From the NCBI RefSeq assembly GCF_009914755.1, contig NC_060929.1: a stretch of 64,000 nucleotides of DNA. The stretch is one strand, 5' to 3'. This DNA comes from the human T2T-CHM13v2.0 reference genome, Homo sapiens. A model generated the notes under the pieces. The model did no database searches. It saw only the letters and a program-made list of their open reading frames with translations, and was not told where the DNA came from. Shown piece by piece: positions 50,978 through 64,000 of this stretch. Both the position numbers and the translations under genes were made by a program. How positions within the stretch are numbered: the stretch's first letter is position 1; each line of letters starts with the position of its first letter.

Positions 50978-52214
50978 ATTAAGTATTCTGAATATCAGGT
51001 GTATCCTATCATTCACAGGGAAAGAGAACCATGGAGGCCCACGTGCTTTTATGTCTAAATAGGTACACTTTATTCATGAATCAGGCAAACTCCTAAATAA
51101 TCTTTTCTTATACTACTTTGGCAAATATAGCTTCAAATGACTCAGAAGGCCAAACTTCAAGTTTAAGGATTCTTTAAGCTCTCAAAATTGCTCATGTGCC
51201 AGCCTATGTATGACCACTCCCGCCCTCTCATCCAAGCTTCAATCACTGCTTCTATCTATAAACAGCCAAACTTGAGCCACCCTCAGGGCTGGGGGACACA
51301 TGCACCAGAGGTACAGGTACCCTCTACAGGACAAATCTGAGAAAGACATCTATACAGGGCTTGGAAGAAAATCTGTGTGGACAGGGAATACCAGGGCCTT
51401 GGATACCCAGAATGAGATCAAGAAAGTCAGGTAGGGGGTAAAGGTGAGAACCGCCTTTTTGTTCACAGACTGCTCACCTGGTGCAGAGGAGCATGGTTGG
51501 AATGGGGTTACAACAGGGGCTCTCTAAGTATAGGATGAACATCATCCCTGAAATCTTGGTTACCCTTTGAGTCTGTATTCTGAAGGGTCAACTTAAATTA
51601 AATTTTGCTTCATCTACATATTACTATACAGTTATAAATTCCAAATTATAGTTGGCTTTGTGTATACAGGCATCTAAATTTTCTAGACTCAAATTTATAC
51701 CCCCAACTGTGCTCCCAATTACCCCCTCCAACTCCTACCCAGCCATCCTCCAATTCTTTCCAAATATTCCCAGCCAGCAATCTTCAATGCCACTCCTAAC
51801 ATGCTCGACAGCACTGTCTCCCTCAAACCCCTCAGTAAACATTTCAGATGAGCTGTTCATTTACTCTCTTTTCAGTGATGAGATCATGGCACATTTTCCG
51901 GGAACAAATGGGTTAATTTATATTGCTGTACTACTACCTAAAATGAAAATATTAGAAACCTATCTATTATAAATATGAAGGTCACGACAAAAAAGAGAGA
52001 GAGGGATGTCATCATAGCAAATGGAGCTCATGAGTATTCTAAATATAGCCTTAGTCAGGACTTGTACTAAGAGTCTAGGGACCTTTTAGAAAATCATTTT
52101 TCTCGTGTTGCTGCCCTTTGTATCTGACAAATATTGATTTCAGTTATGTTTTGAATAACAATGAAAACAGTGCCTTAGATAGAACTTTAGTCATAAACTA
52201 TTTAACACCTTAGA

Positions 52215-52500
52215 AAGTTGAAAGAACTCTGGACTTACAGTTCTGAGGCTGGGTAGTATCTTTTTAGCAGCTGGATGTACCTCAGGCAAGCTCCTCAATC
52301 TCTCTTTCCTACATTGTAAAGAGTCATAGAATTTTGGAGTGGAAGACACCTTTCAGATAATCGAGTCTAATAAGCCAATTTTACACTTGAGAAAACTGAG
52401 GCTTGAAGTTATTACATAACAGTCTAACGTCACATAGGTCATTGGAGAAAGGTTGCAAGTTTCCACTAAAAATGGTTTGGATGCAGTCACTGATGGGGCT
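52215..52500. mobile_element. MIR fragments
   Basis: ggcaagctcctcaatctctct...tgtaaa; attttacacttgagaaaactgaggc. Confidence 0.6.
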
Positions 52501-55089
52501 CTTTTAGTCTAAAAGTCATTGCTTTTTAATATCAGATCATTTCAGTAACATTTCTCAATTAGCACAAGCATAGTTCTCACTAAATACACTCTTTCTGTTA
52601 AAAAAATTGTTCTGTAAAAAAATCAGTTTTTTTTCATTAATTAGGAAATCAAGAGAATAATAGAAAGAACTAAGAGATAAACCAAGGAGGGAGCCTGAAG
52701 AATTGAGTTCTGGGTCCTGTTCTAGAACATTCCATCATGGACTTTGGATAGGTATTGTCAACTGACCTCAGTAATTTGTCATTGTACTTGAATGGGACCA
52801 GCAATGACAAAAGTCCTTGAGAGGCTGAGACGAAGACAATAAAAATCTTCCCTTGGAAAGAATCCTAGCATTTTTGTCAGAAGGAACAAAATAGAATGAG
52901 GTGGGTGTATATTTTGATGAAAAATAATCTGATCAATCATACACAGAAGGACCATAAACATGTGACACTATCTTAGTACACATTTCCAGGACACACACAC
53001 CAAAGGAGAATGCCCGTAACCGGTGTGCTGACATTTTAAAGTAGGAAAACAGCTTTAATTAACACTCTTTGCTAAGCCCTTCTAAAAAGCCAACCTTTCC
53101 AAAATAAATCTTTAGTAATACACTGTTAATAGTTTTTAGAATTTCTGAGTGTTAAAATTTCAAAAGTGTTTATAAGGAGAGGTATGGCCATCAGGTACTA
53201 TCTGGAGAATATATTTAATTAAGAATGGCTAATAATATTAAGGCCATGACTGAGCTGTCTGTAACACCAGGTATCAGGGTGAAAACTGATCCTTGTTATG
53301 TTAGCATGAAATGTAGGTAATAGAGCAAGAAATGTCTATAATCGGGACTGTTAGCCACAGAGCCCAAAATGGTCATGGTTAACTGGCCTGTCTCGAGCGC
53401 GGTCTTTCTGCCGGAAGCACTCAGCATCCTGCCTTTAGCCTGGCCCTGGCTGACACACTCCTCCTCATCCCCGTGGGCCCACTGAAAGCCTGCCCTTGCT
53501 GGGCAACCTGCCAGGACTGCATCCTTCTATTGACTCCTTCTCACACTGGCCTGTAGTGGCCCGTTTGCTTGTGTGCATTTCCCATTTGACTGAGGTAGGC
53601 CCTCCTACGGCAAGGGCTGTGTCTTGTTTACCATTTTATCCCCAGGGTGCAGCAGAGGACTCCATATAGCAAGAGGTCAAGAAACATTTGTTGGATGAGT
53701 ACATGGTATGATGACCATCCTGGTTGTAAGAATGAGGATGCATTCCCCTCTTTTTTCCTATGAAAGGAATAGACCCTCACTTTAGCTAGTTTATTCAAGA
53801 GTTTTTATAAGGAGAAGGTTCCACAGGATTCTTCAGAAATGACAGCTTGTAACTAGAAAATGACCAAGAACTGGGAGAGCTTTGTCTTCCTCTCTTCTTT
53901 ATCCGCCTTTCTCCCCTTGCATGCTCCATTCTCCTGCTCCTCACCACAGAGCAGCTTTCTTATTCTTGTCATCACAGTACACCTGGCTGCCTCAAGCTCA
54001 ATTCCACATGACCTTCAGTTCTGTTGCTTAAAAGCACTGATGTAAAGCACGCAGATGTCCCAAGTCCACCAGGCTTAAAATCCAATGTACTCACTGCAGA
54101 AGGTAGGTAAAAGCCTACCACAGTGAAACATTTCTTTGTGTCTTCCCATCAAGGGGGAACCAGCCAAAACCCTTTGCCTCACATTTGCCTCCAGTCGCCT
54201 TCTAGACCAAGATGGCAGGCACCAAGACTCGGTTCCTTCTCTCACCTCAGCCCTGACCCCACCTGCAAAGAGCCACAGCCATATCTGTGCCTCTGTTCCA
54301 TGCATCCTCTCCGCACCCTCACAGAAGAGAAGGATACAACACTATGGCATTATTTGGATGTTGCCTGATAGGGCAAAAAGAAGCCATCAAGGATGAGGAA
54401 TATTTTGGTGGTCAGGCCACTAGTCTCTGATGCTGTGACATGTGTCCAGAAAGTGGTACTAATAGGAGACTCAGTCTCCTTATTCAAGCTTTCTGATTTG
54501 TGGTGTTAAGAACCAGAATCCTGGAACCACCCACTAGCTTCCCTCTGCAAATGGCCATCATGGCCCAAGAATAAGTCAAACCTGGAAGGATTGTGAGTCT
54601 CATTTCTTGCATTTTGAGGCTACAATGTCTGAAAGGTCCTCAGGCTTAGGGACCATGACTACTCACCACTGCAAGGAGCTATTATGATGGCCACTCTACA
54701 ACACCTAGAGACTCCTACTAGCAGGTTTTGAAACCCATAGTCCAATGACAGCCTCTGTGTCATTCAATTACATTTATGAGAAAAAAAAAAAAAGGCTACC
54801 TAGGTACAACTTCTGCGGAGGTAAACTTCCAGAGAAGGTAGCATGGGCTTATTGATACTCCAAACATGTCTGTCAAACATGTACTTACATATCTAAAAGT
54901 AGATAGTTCCCTGGGCAAGAAGATCCTCTGGCAGACCACTGACATTGTGAAAGGTAGTACTTAGGGAAAGTTACCCTAAACACAGGCACCCAGGGAGAGT
55001 TCACTAAACACTAACTAGTACTGAAATGTTCAGTTCACTGAGGTTCTCTACACTAGTTCCTGGTAGAAGTAACTAACCATTACCAGTAT

Positions 55090-55430
55090 CTCATTCATCT
55101 CTCATTTTGGCTAATGGAAGACTGCACAACTCGGCCCTTTGCATTTGGGAACTGGAGGGCCATCAGACTATTTTCTGGCCAATGGATTGATCTGAGGTAG
55201 CAAATAGCTCCAGTCTCTCTTCCCCTGCTGTGGCCACCTAGAGGTCCATGTGTTCCAGGTGGTGCAATCAAACGATGGTGAAGACACCATCAACCTGGGC
55301 CACAGATGACTGTCTAGGCACTATCATTCACCCGTCCTTGAATATGCAGTATATTGAGAATAAACTCTTATGTTAAGCCATTGAGATGTTGGGGTTATTT
55401 TTTAGTGCATGAAACCAAGCCTGTTCCCAT
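55090..55430 (+). mobile_element. Old MaLR LTR (MLT1-type) fragment
   Basis: ttctggccaatgga...gagaataaactcttatgttaagccattgagatgttggggtta. Confidence 0.6.
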
Positions 55431-56199
55431 TAAAACACTCAATCATCTCAATTAAGTTCCAGGTGAATCAAGCCCAGTCCTTAAGCCAACAAAAAAGGTT
55501 TGCAGGTCTTTGACCTTTGAGCCACCTTTCAGAATTAAGAGGACTTCTGGTTCTTCCAGAATTGGGAAAGAGAGAGTACCATGAACCATAAGATTATGAA
55601 ACATAATTCTATAGGAGCTGAATGTACAACAGCACTTGAGACTCTGCCAATTAATTTAGGACTGGAGAAACCAACCATGACTAATCAACCCAGAGCATGC
55701 CAGACCACAGCCACGAATGCTCATAAGAACGATCTTCACATTCAGATCAGTGGGCCATGCAACTCAATAATTTCTTTCAGACAATGACACAAAATTGCCT
55801 CCCCACTTTTCTGCCTTAAACTGAACACTGCTCTGACCTAATTTCCTACAATTTTGTTTCCAGTCACTTTTTTACCCTCAAACAACCTTATAATTGCGAT
55901 AATGAGGCACATTAGAGCCCACAGAAGTTTTTAAGGGGAAATTAGATCAGTTCAGGGTATTGCCCTCCCAAATTAAGGTAATTATCTTGAAATTCAAATG
56001 CCACAACCAGAATTCAGAGCATCCTACTCACACCCATGTCACTCCTCATCATATCCACTGTGTTGTCATTAATAATTGTCATTCCAGAAACAAGCATGCC
56101 ATCAGCCAAGGCAGGGGAAATCACAGTGTTCTCTTTAATTCAACTCCACACAAACATGGCAGCCCAGAAACCTTAGGATCCAGCAAGCATCTTGGTCTC

Positions 56200-58385
56200 A
56201 CTTGACCCTAGGGACTGCACTAAACACTTTCCGTGAAACACTCTACTGCCTTTTCCTAGCAATAGGACTGACTCGTGGTCCTCCTCCTACCACTGTGACC
56301 ACTCCTTCTTGGTCTCCTTAACGGAGACCTCCCCTTACCTCCCCTTAGTTATTGACATTCCCCAAGGGCCCATTCTCAGTCCATTGCTTTTCCTGTGCTC
56401 TCCTCGAATAATCTTACCTACTCTCATCTACCAAATACAATGATGCCCAAACTCCCCTCCTGAGATCTCAACTCATATACCTTCTGCACCTCTCCACCCA
56501 GATATTCCACAGACACTTCAGAACTACATGCTTGAAATAAACTCATCACTCTCTCCCAACCTCTTTCCTCATTGGTGTTCTCTATTCTGTTCAGATGACG
56601 TACTGGTGGAATGTGTACCTCCAAAAGACATGTCCACACGGAAACTCAGAATGTAAACTTACTTGAAATAAGCGTCTTTACAGATGTAATTAAGTTTAGG
56701 ATCTCAAGATAAGATTATCCTAAAGTTGGGGTGGGCCCTAATCTAATGACTGATGCCCTTCGAAGAGGAAGACAGAGGAAAATTTGAGACATACAAAGGA
56801 GACGGTCACATGAAAACAGAGGCAGAAATTGGAGGGGTGCATCTACAAACCAAGCACACCAAGGATTTCTGGAGCCACGAGAAGTGGAGCAAGAAAGAGG
56901 CATTGGTTCATGAACACAAAAATACAGTTAGATAGAAGGAATAAGATAAGATCTAGTGTTCTGTAGCACAACAGAGTGACTAGAGTTAACAATAATTTAT
57001 TGTATATTTCAAAATAACTAGAAGGATGGAATTGGAATGTTCCCAACATGAATAAATGATAAATGCTTGAGATGACAAATATCCCAATAAGCCTGGTTTT
57101 ATCATTACATATTGTATGCTTCTATCAAAATTTCACATGTACCCCATAAATATGTATAACTTACGTATCCATAAAAATTAAAAATATAGAAAAAAGTTTT
57201 TTAAAGAAGGGGAACAGGACAGAGATATGGAGTGGATTCTCCCTCAGAGCCACCACAAGGAACCAATCCTGCGGATAATTTTGTTTTTTGGACTTCTAGC
57301 CTCTGGAACTGTGAGACAATAAATTTCTGTTGTGTTACGCCCCCAGGTCATGGTAATTAGTTACCGTAGCACAGGGACCCTAACACAGATGCCTGCCTCC
57401 AGCCATCTAAAACCTGGCAGACACCTTCCTCTCACTCCCTTCCCATTCCCAAGCAATCGCCAAACCTTGCTGGCTTTTCCTCCAACACATTGCCCACACC
57501 TGCCCTCCTATCCCACAAGTCTCCACCATCCTATTGAAATCCTCACCATCCTTGCCTGGAGTCCCATCAGAGCCTCTGCCCTGATCTCCTAGGCCTCGAT
57601 CTCTCTCTCTCAAGTCCAGCCTTTACACAGACATCAGAAATACCTTCTTAAACAGAAAGAAGAGAGCCCTAAAGTAGTGCTTACAGCCCTTCCCTGCCTG
57701 GCCCCATGCACTCCTCCAGCCTCATCTCATTCCACTACTCGTTCCCATGACCCCCTGGACAGCACCTCAAACTCCTCCAGTACCTGAATTCCTGAGGTTG
57801 TTTCTCACCTCCTTGCATTTGCTCAGGCTTTCCCTCAGATCGGGATCACCTGTCTTTACCCCAAACCCTCTACATCCTTTTTACCTAAATAGCTCCTCAG
57901 TACTCATTTTTAATATTCCAGCAGGTATCACCTCCCCTAACAATCATCCTCCCCTGGCTGGGACCCAAACACATCCAAGAGTGTTGGCCATAATACTTAC
58001 CATTTAGGCACCAATCGAGCACTGCTAATGCTGGCCACAACACTGGGCCAGGGTCCTGAGGCAACCTTATCCCCTGCGGCCTCACCAGGTTTAACCCTAT
58101 CATTACTGATTCTGGTGGTGGAGCAACTGGAGCAGCCATACCAATGCATGCTCTCCAAATATCAGCTGTCTCCATTTATAATGTTATATCTACCAAATTG
58201 CATTATAATTACTTCTGTGTCTATCACCCCAGTAGGCTAGAAACTCCTCTAGGGCAAGTGTGGAGGTCTTAATTCATCTTTGTATCCCTAACAGCCAGTA
58301 AGCACAATATCTGTCAAAAGTAGATGTTCTATGAGGCTTAGCTAGGTGCACAAATCTGAGTGAATTGATGAGTGAATGAACACAT
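56200..58385 (+). mobile_element. L2 LINE relic hosting nested MLT1 and L1MA
   Basis: Pyrimidine-rich L2 body; ends ttcatctttgtatccc...tgagtgaatgaa. Confidence 0.65.
56599..57387 (+). mobile_element. MLT1C/B-like solo LTR interrupted by an L1MA 3' end (about 56903-57200)
   Basis: ctttacagatgtaattaag...gaactgtgagacaataaatttctgttg...ctaacaca; TSD gatga/gatgc; insert has tacagttagatagaaggaataag and an A-rich tail. Confidence 0.85.
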
Positions 58386-59396
58386 GAGTGCACAGAATAT
58401 AACAAGAAACTATTAGCTCCCATTAAATTAGAATAGAGGAGTGTGAGTTGTAGCAGAAAGATTTTGTGTTGATTCGAGGAAACGTTCTGGCAACATAGGA
58501 CATGCCCTGAAACTCATGCAGCTGAGTGCTCCCAGATGGAGGGTTCATTCCTGAGGTCCTAACTGAGTTGCTGACCTCTGCCCAGCTGGTTCCGAGGAGC
58601 ATAGAGGCAGTGCACTCCCCAAGAAGGAAGCATCAGGTGACCTATTAGCGGGAGCAGAAGTACAGCGCTCACAGCCTTGCATCCTGGATTGGGCAGTGAT
58701 CCAGGCATGAGGGCAGGAGGAGGATGGTTAACACAATCGGGGTTTTGCCAAGCTTGGCTGCTTGGCAGTGGAGGCTCATTTTTTACCTTTGTGGGTAGCA
58801 CATCAACTATGACCCATGTTTGGATGCTTATAACTTGTCCTCCTTCCCTAATATGTCATAAAAAGAAACTCCTGGGGAATTTTAAGGAGTGAGAAAATGC
58901 CGAGGTCCCATCTAGAGGCACTAGATGATCCCCTGAGACTGTCATGAGGCCTAAATTGTCCATGAAAGTTTAGCCACAATTACAGGATTTAGCAAATTTC
59001 ATCTACACATATTTGCATAATAATACTTGCAATTACCTAGTAAAAGAGATACGCTAAATGCCTCAGAATGGAAGCTTGGAGCTCAGTGAACAGTAGAACA
59101 AGGCATACCTGACCAGGTGGCAACATGGAGATGAGGTTATCTGTGAGACTAAGGAGGAGGTACTGGGGCCAGCTGACCACCTAGCACGTCACAGGGTGAC
59201 ATGGCCTACATGAAAACCTACTTTAAAACAACCTTGATATAAACTATGTGATGTGGTTGTACAAAGGTATAATCTCAATACGGTTGCACAAACTTATATT
59301 CTAACCTGTACTCCAGCGGTGCTTAATTAGCATTTAAATGCTCCTATCAAAAACAACACGAGAGAGGTTAGTGACCAGAATGAGAAGCTGTTAAGA

Positions 59397-59920
59397 ATTT
59401 TTTTATTGTGTAATATACATAACACAAAATTTACCATGTTAACTAGTAAATGTACAATTCAGTGGCATTAAATACACTCATATTGTTAGGAAAACATCAC
59501 CATAATCCATTATCCAGAACATTTTTCTTCTTGCAAAACTGAAACTTTGTATCCATTAAACAATAACTTCCCATCACCCTGTCTCCCCAGCCCCCAGCAA
59601 CCACCACTCTACTCTCTGCTTCTATGAATTTGACGACTCTAGGTACCTCATGTAAGTGGAGTCACACAGCATTTGACCTTTGTGACTGGCTTACTTCACT
59701 TAACACATTTTGAAAGTTCATCCATGCTGTAGCACGTGTCAGGATCTCGTTTCTTTTTAAAGGCTGAGTAATATTCCATTCTATAGACAGACCCCATTTT
59801 GTTTATCCATTCCTCCATCAATGGACATTTGTGTCACGTCCGCCTTTTGGCCATTGTGAATGATGTTGCTATGGACATGGGTGTGCAAATATCTGTTCAA
59901 GTTCCAGATTTTGAGTCTTT
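59397..59920 (-). mobile_element. L1MB-like 3' UTR fragment
   Basis: ttattgtgtaatatacataacacaaaatttacc...gactactctaggtacctc...gatggacatt. Confidence 0.8.
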
Positions 59921-60507
59921 TGTATTTTGTTTCTGTTTGTTGGTTGGTAAAATCAATGATATTTGAGACTGATGGTTGGTGGGGCACATGCATAGCGCTC
60001 CCTGCCTGTGCAGAAATGGTCCGTAGAAACCAGGCAGGGCCAGCAGCCTGTGCCAGAAGAGCAGAGCCCTGGCCTGGAGGTCCATAGACCCAGGTCCCTG
60101 AGCTGAGCTGGCCATAGGACACCACAGGCCCCCAGCCAGAGCCTTACTTGCAAGTCAAGGCCTGCAGCCTGAGGACAGGAAGAGGGCGACACCCGTCTCC
60201 CTTCTTGGTTACCTCCTGCAAACCACAAGGGCCTACCTCTATTTACCCAGATTGGCTCAGGCTAGCCCATGACACAGAGAGAGCACCATATCAGTACACC
60301 ATGGGTTAAATGAGATGGTAAATGAAGTGAGTACACACACAGCCCCTAGAACATTCCAGGAACTTAGTTAAGTGCTCACCAAATCCAAGCTATGATGTGC
60401 CAGCATAGCAGTAAGGCAAAGGTGTGATCCAGGCAGGTATCAATGTCACAGTTAGGGATGGGAGTCAGAAGATGCCAGGTCAGGGGCAGGAGGACAGACA
60501 GGACAAG

Positions 60508-61123
60508 TGTACAGGTTTCCTATGGCTGCTGTAACAAATGATCATGAACTTACTGGCTTAAAACAAATTTATTCTCTTACAATTCTGAAGATCATGATTC
60601 TGTAATGGGTCTCACTTGGCTAAAATCAAGGTGTCCGCTGGGCTGCATTCCTTCCTGGAGGCTCTGAGAGGAGAACTTGTTCTTTCCCTTTTCCAGAGGC
60701 TGCCTGCATTCCTTGGCTCATGGCTCCTCTTCCATCTTCAAAGCCAGCAACCAACCAGGTCTTTCTCACATTGTGTCACTCTGGTTTCCTCTTATACCTT
60801 TCTCTTCTACTTGTTATCACACAGTCCTGCCTCAAGATGGGTTTGGGCAAGAACATAATTGCCCCAAGTCCCTGACATAAACGGGTGTAGTATGCGCATA
60901 TAACCTGCATCCTCCACATTGTCATCAATAGTGACAGAACCCTTGGGATAACACTGGGCCCACCCAGATAATCCAGGCTAATCTCCCCATCTACTGGTAT
61001 GAAACCTTAATTCCATCTGCAACCTCCATTCCCCTTTCTCATGTAACCTAACATATTAATATGTACCGGTTCCAGGGATTAGGATGTGTACATCTGGGGT
61101 GGGGGTCTTATTCTGCCTTCACA
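60508..61123 (-). mobile_element. MLT1C/D-like solo LTR containing a foreign insertion of about 120 bp
   Basis: tgtacaggtttcctatggctgctgtaacaaa...gggcccacccagataatccagg...ttattctgccttcaca. Confidence 0.85.
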
Positions 61124-62235
61124 AGTGATCTGGCAAAGGCAATACTGGGAGATCCCCGGGAGAGAGTCTGAATCAGGCAGCAGAACTCCAAGTATCAGGG
61201 AGAAGTATAAGAATCTAGCCTGGCCTTCCAAGAGCAAAGCAGAGTGTGAGGTCTGAGTTAATGGGGCATTATCATAGCAAAAACAGTGGCCTAGGAAGCC
61301 AAACAGGGGCCCAGCTGGTGAGACTGGGGTACAAGTGGAAACTTAGTCTTGAGAACAAGGTAGAAGGACATTTACAGTAGCAAGGGCAGGATAAGAGCAG
61401 CATTTCCAGCAAGGCTGATGGAATGTGTGGTTGTCTAAGAATGTAATCAATTATTAGAGCAGCCTCAAATTGTCCTGACTTTGAAGCAAGGCCGATCACA
61501 TCTTAAAGTTAGAAGGCAAGAGTTTGTGGGAAACAGCACATTCTGGTTATGAGCCCCATGTTCAAGGGCAGAAGGCTGTTGGGGTATCAAACCCAACCAA
61601 CAGGACAAGGGGAGGACAAGTACGATGGAGGACACAAACTCAGTGAAACAAGGAGATGAACCAATACACACAGGGCATGCTGAGGGGTGAAAAGCCAACG
61701 GCAGCCACTCAGCTACCCAGCTCGAGCTTTGCTGCAGAAGCATGCAAGCTGCCAGTCAAAACCCACCCAGACAGCAGAGGAGGACTGTAGAGGGGTCCTG
61801 GGAGAGAAAGCAAAGAACAACGTGGACAAGAGTTATCCAATGTGAATTTAATTCCATTTCTGCTGTGCAGCCAGTGATGTGAATTTCTTTGCCATCTCTT
61901 CAGAAAATCTAAGGCCAAGTATCCCCTTCTCATTAATGCAAGGTCCCATCAGATCTGCTTGGTGGATGCTTGGAAACACCCAGTCCTGCTTCAAGATGGG
62001 CTGGGGCTCGAGGACATAATTGCCCCACAGTCTCTTATGTCACCAAAGGGAGACAACTTACAGACACAACTTGCAGTTGTTCCTCAGTATCTGCAGGGGA
62101 GTGGTTCCAGGACCCCCAGAGATACCAAAATCTGCAGATGCTCAAGTCCCTGACATAAAATGGGGTAGTATTTTCATATAACCTTCATCCACCTATGTAC
62201 TTTAAACCATCTCTAAATTGCTTATAATACCCAAT

Positions 62236-62607
62236 TTTATGGTAGATGCACCTGACAGCAATAACTTGACTTGAGCATATCCTGAGAATGACTGTGTATG
62301 GCAGATGCACCTGAGCATGTGTTCAGCATTCTGAGCTAAGGATTCCGGGAGTGAACAACCCAGAGATCAATTCCTTATCTATGAGGAGCATCTGAGCCCC
62401 TGACCCGACCCATAGTATTATATATAAGCTGCATGTGTTCTGTAAGTGGTTGTGGTTCTCCTGCCCAGCCCGCCACCACTGGACTCTCTCCCTGTGTATA
62501 AGCCCCCCTATAAAAACCCATGACTCATTTGCTGCCTCTGAGTCTCTTCTTCAGACTCTTGAACCTAGTGCTATCCCCACTGCAGTCAATAAAGGTTCAG
62601 CACAACA
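62236..62607 (+). mobile_element. Solo ERVL LTR (LTR47-like)
   Basis: gatgcacctgacagcaataactt...gagctaaggattccgggagtg; perfect 5-bp TSD ccaat. Confidence 0.8.
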
Positions 62608-62656
62608 CCAATACGATGTAAATGCTATGTAAATAGTTGTTATACTGTATTGTTTT

Positions 62657-63116
62657 TGTTAGGTTCAAGTTCAGTTCCAGCCCATGTTGAGGTCTGAAGG
62701 GAGTGGGTGGATGAGTGGCAAACAGTTCAAAGAGCACTGGGTTGGGGGCGTAGGTAGGTGAAATATGGCTTTATTCAGCAGCTTTCTCATCAGCAGCTCT
62801 CTTACACTGTCCACTCTGTATCAGCTGCTTGAGCTGGCTGCTCCCACACACAGCTGCGCAGCCGGCTCTCCCTTACCTTCAGGGTCAGCAGCTTAACTCT
62901 CTCTGGGCACAAGTGCACCTGTACAGTGTCAGCAGCGCAATTATACCTTTTACAGACAATAATGGCTTAGAGCCAAGTGATGGTCTTCCAACATTATGGC
63001 TACATAGCTGTGATAACAAGTGGAGTTAGACGCCTGTGTTCTAAACTCGCTGAGTTATGCAGGATATTTACCTCAGCCCATGCCCACTTGGCCGCAGGGC
63101 AGCCATGTTCCTTACA
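62657..63116 (-). mobile_element. Solo ERVL LTR (LTR18-like)
   Basis: Minus strand begins tgtaaggaacatggctgc; TSD gtttt/gcttt. Confidence 0.8.
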
Positions 63117-64000
63117 GCTTTTAATTTGTATTTTGTATTGTTGTATTATTTAACATCTTCAATCCATGATTGGTTGAATTTGTGGATGCAGAATCTGCAG
63201 ATACAGAGGACCAACTATACAAGAAAGTCAAATAAGCATAGAGTATGAAAAGGGACCTCTCTCCCCTTTTTATTCTCCTTTTGGGCTTAGATTCTGTTTT
63301 TTTCTTAAGGGACCTTCAGCACTGTTTTGTTTAAGCTGCCGAAAGCCCTGTGGTCCTGTGTTGTAATTAGTTTTAGCCATCAGCAGAAAGCACCTTTGTT
63401 TCATATCTCCAAAGTCAAAACCAATCAATACACCCTACACTTTATTCCTCCCCTGGTCAATCAGAAGGTCAACTGGAAAGAAACTCTCCACCCTGGGGAT
63501 GATGGACCCTAGGACCACAAAGAAAGCAAAACGCATGCTGCCTTCTTCCACTTTCCCCTGAGAAGCTGTCAGAGGTGAACGAAAGGGCACTGCCGAGGAT
63601 GGTAATAATGAATGTTACAAGTGAACCTCAAAAAGCGGGTGCTAGGACCCAGATGAAGCTCCAACACATGTTTCCGCATTGGTGGCTTTTCACAGCCTGG
63701 GGCCTCACTATTAAAAATGAATATATTAATTGGATCACAGCCAGCCCTTTTAACTAAAAGTTTCCGATTTGCAATTTAATAAACTGCTGCCACAGTGACT
63801 AGTTAATGAAAACTAGAGCATTAAGACCCCCCTCAAACACCTCCTTGCCAGCCTTATAGAGCTGGTTATCAACAGCACCCATTTTAAACACCGAGCCTCA
63901 TTTCAGAAAGCCTCAAGATCACGTATGGTTTGCCATGCAAGAATTACTACTACAAAATGATTTTAAGTCTGCTTATAAGGTACAACGCTGCTTAAATCCA

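Larger units (their letters stand above)
62074..63217 (+). mobile_element. MER2 (TcMar-Tigger) with two nested LTRs
   Basis: cagttgttcctcagtatctgcagggga...ggttgaatttgtggatgcagaatctgcagatacagaggaccaact inverted termini. Confidence 0.88.

Noticed and set aside
58907-58927. CTCF-like motif / short hairpin catctag...ctagatg
   Set aside because: Only 10/12 core match; expected by chance in 64 kb.

Overview
Primate (probably great ape or human) AT-rich intergenic or intronic DNA. No host protein-coding gene, tRNA/rRNA or CRISPR could be supported. Over half of the window is LINE-1. There are three full-length but ORF-disrupted L1PA elements with intact TSDs: L1PA5-like + at 10362-16487, L1PA4-like + at 22002-28156 and L1PA6-like - at 30340-36477. 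The last two are nested in an older primate L1. The rest is older L1M copies, two Alus, solo LTRs (LTR8, LTR16, MSTA, MLT1, LTR47, LTR18), DNA transposon relics (MER20, Charlie, MER91, MER2), MIR and L2. Nearly all ORF-track entries are L1 remnants or spurious. The most interesting signals are: (1) the three L1s appear to be from different subfamilies yet share many non-consensus substitutions, a 3-bp deletion and a frameshift in a mosaic pattern, pointing to local non-allelic gene conversion; (2) two multi-segment, locally templated insertions (3927-4304 and 60814-60936); (3) two L1 3' transductions. Subfamily names and consensus states are from memory, not from a RepeatMasker run.
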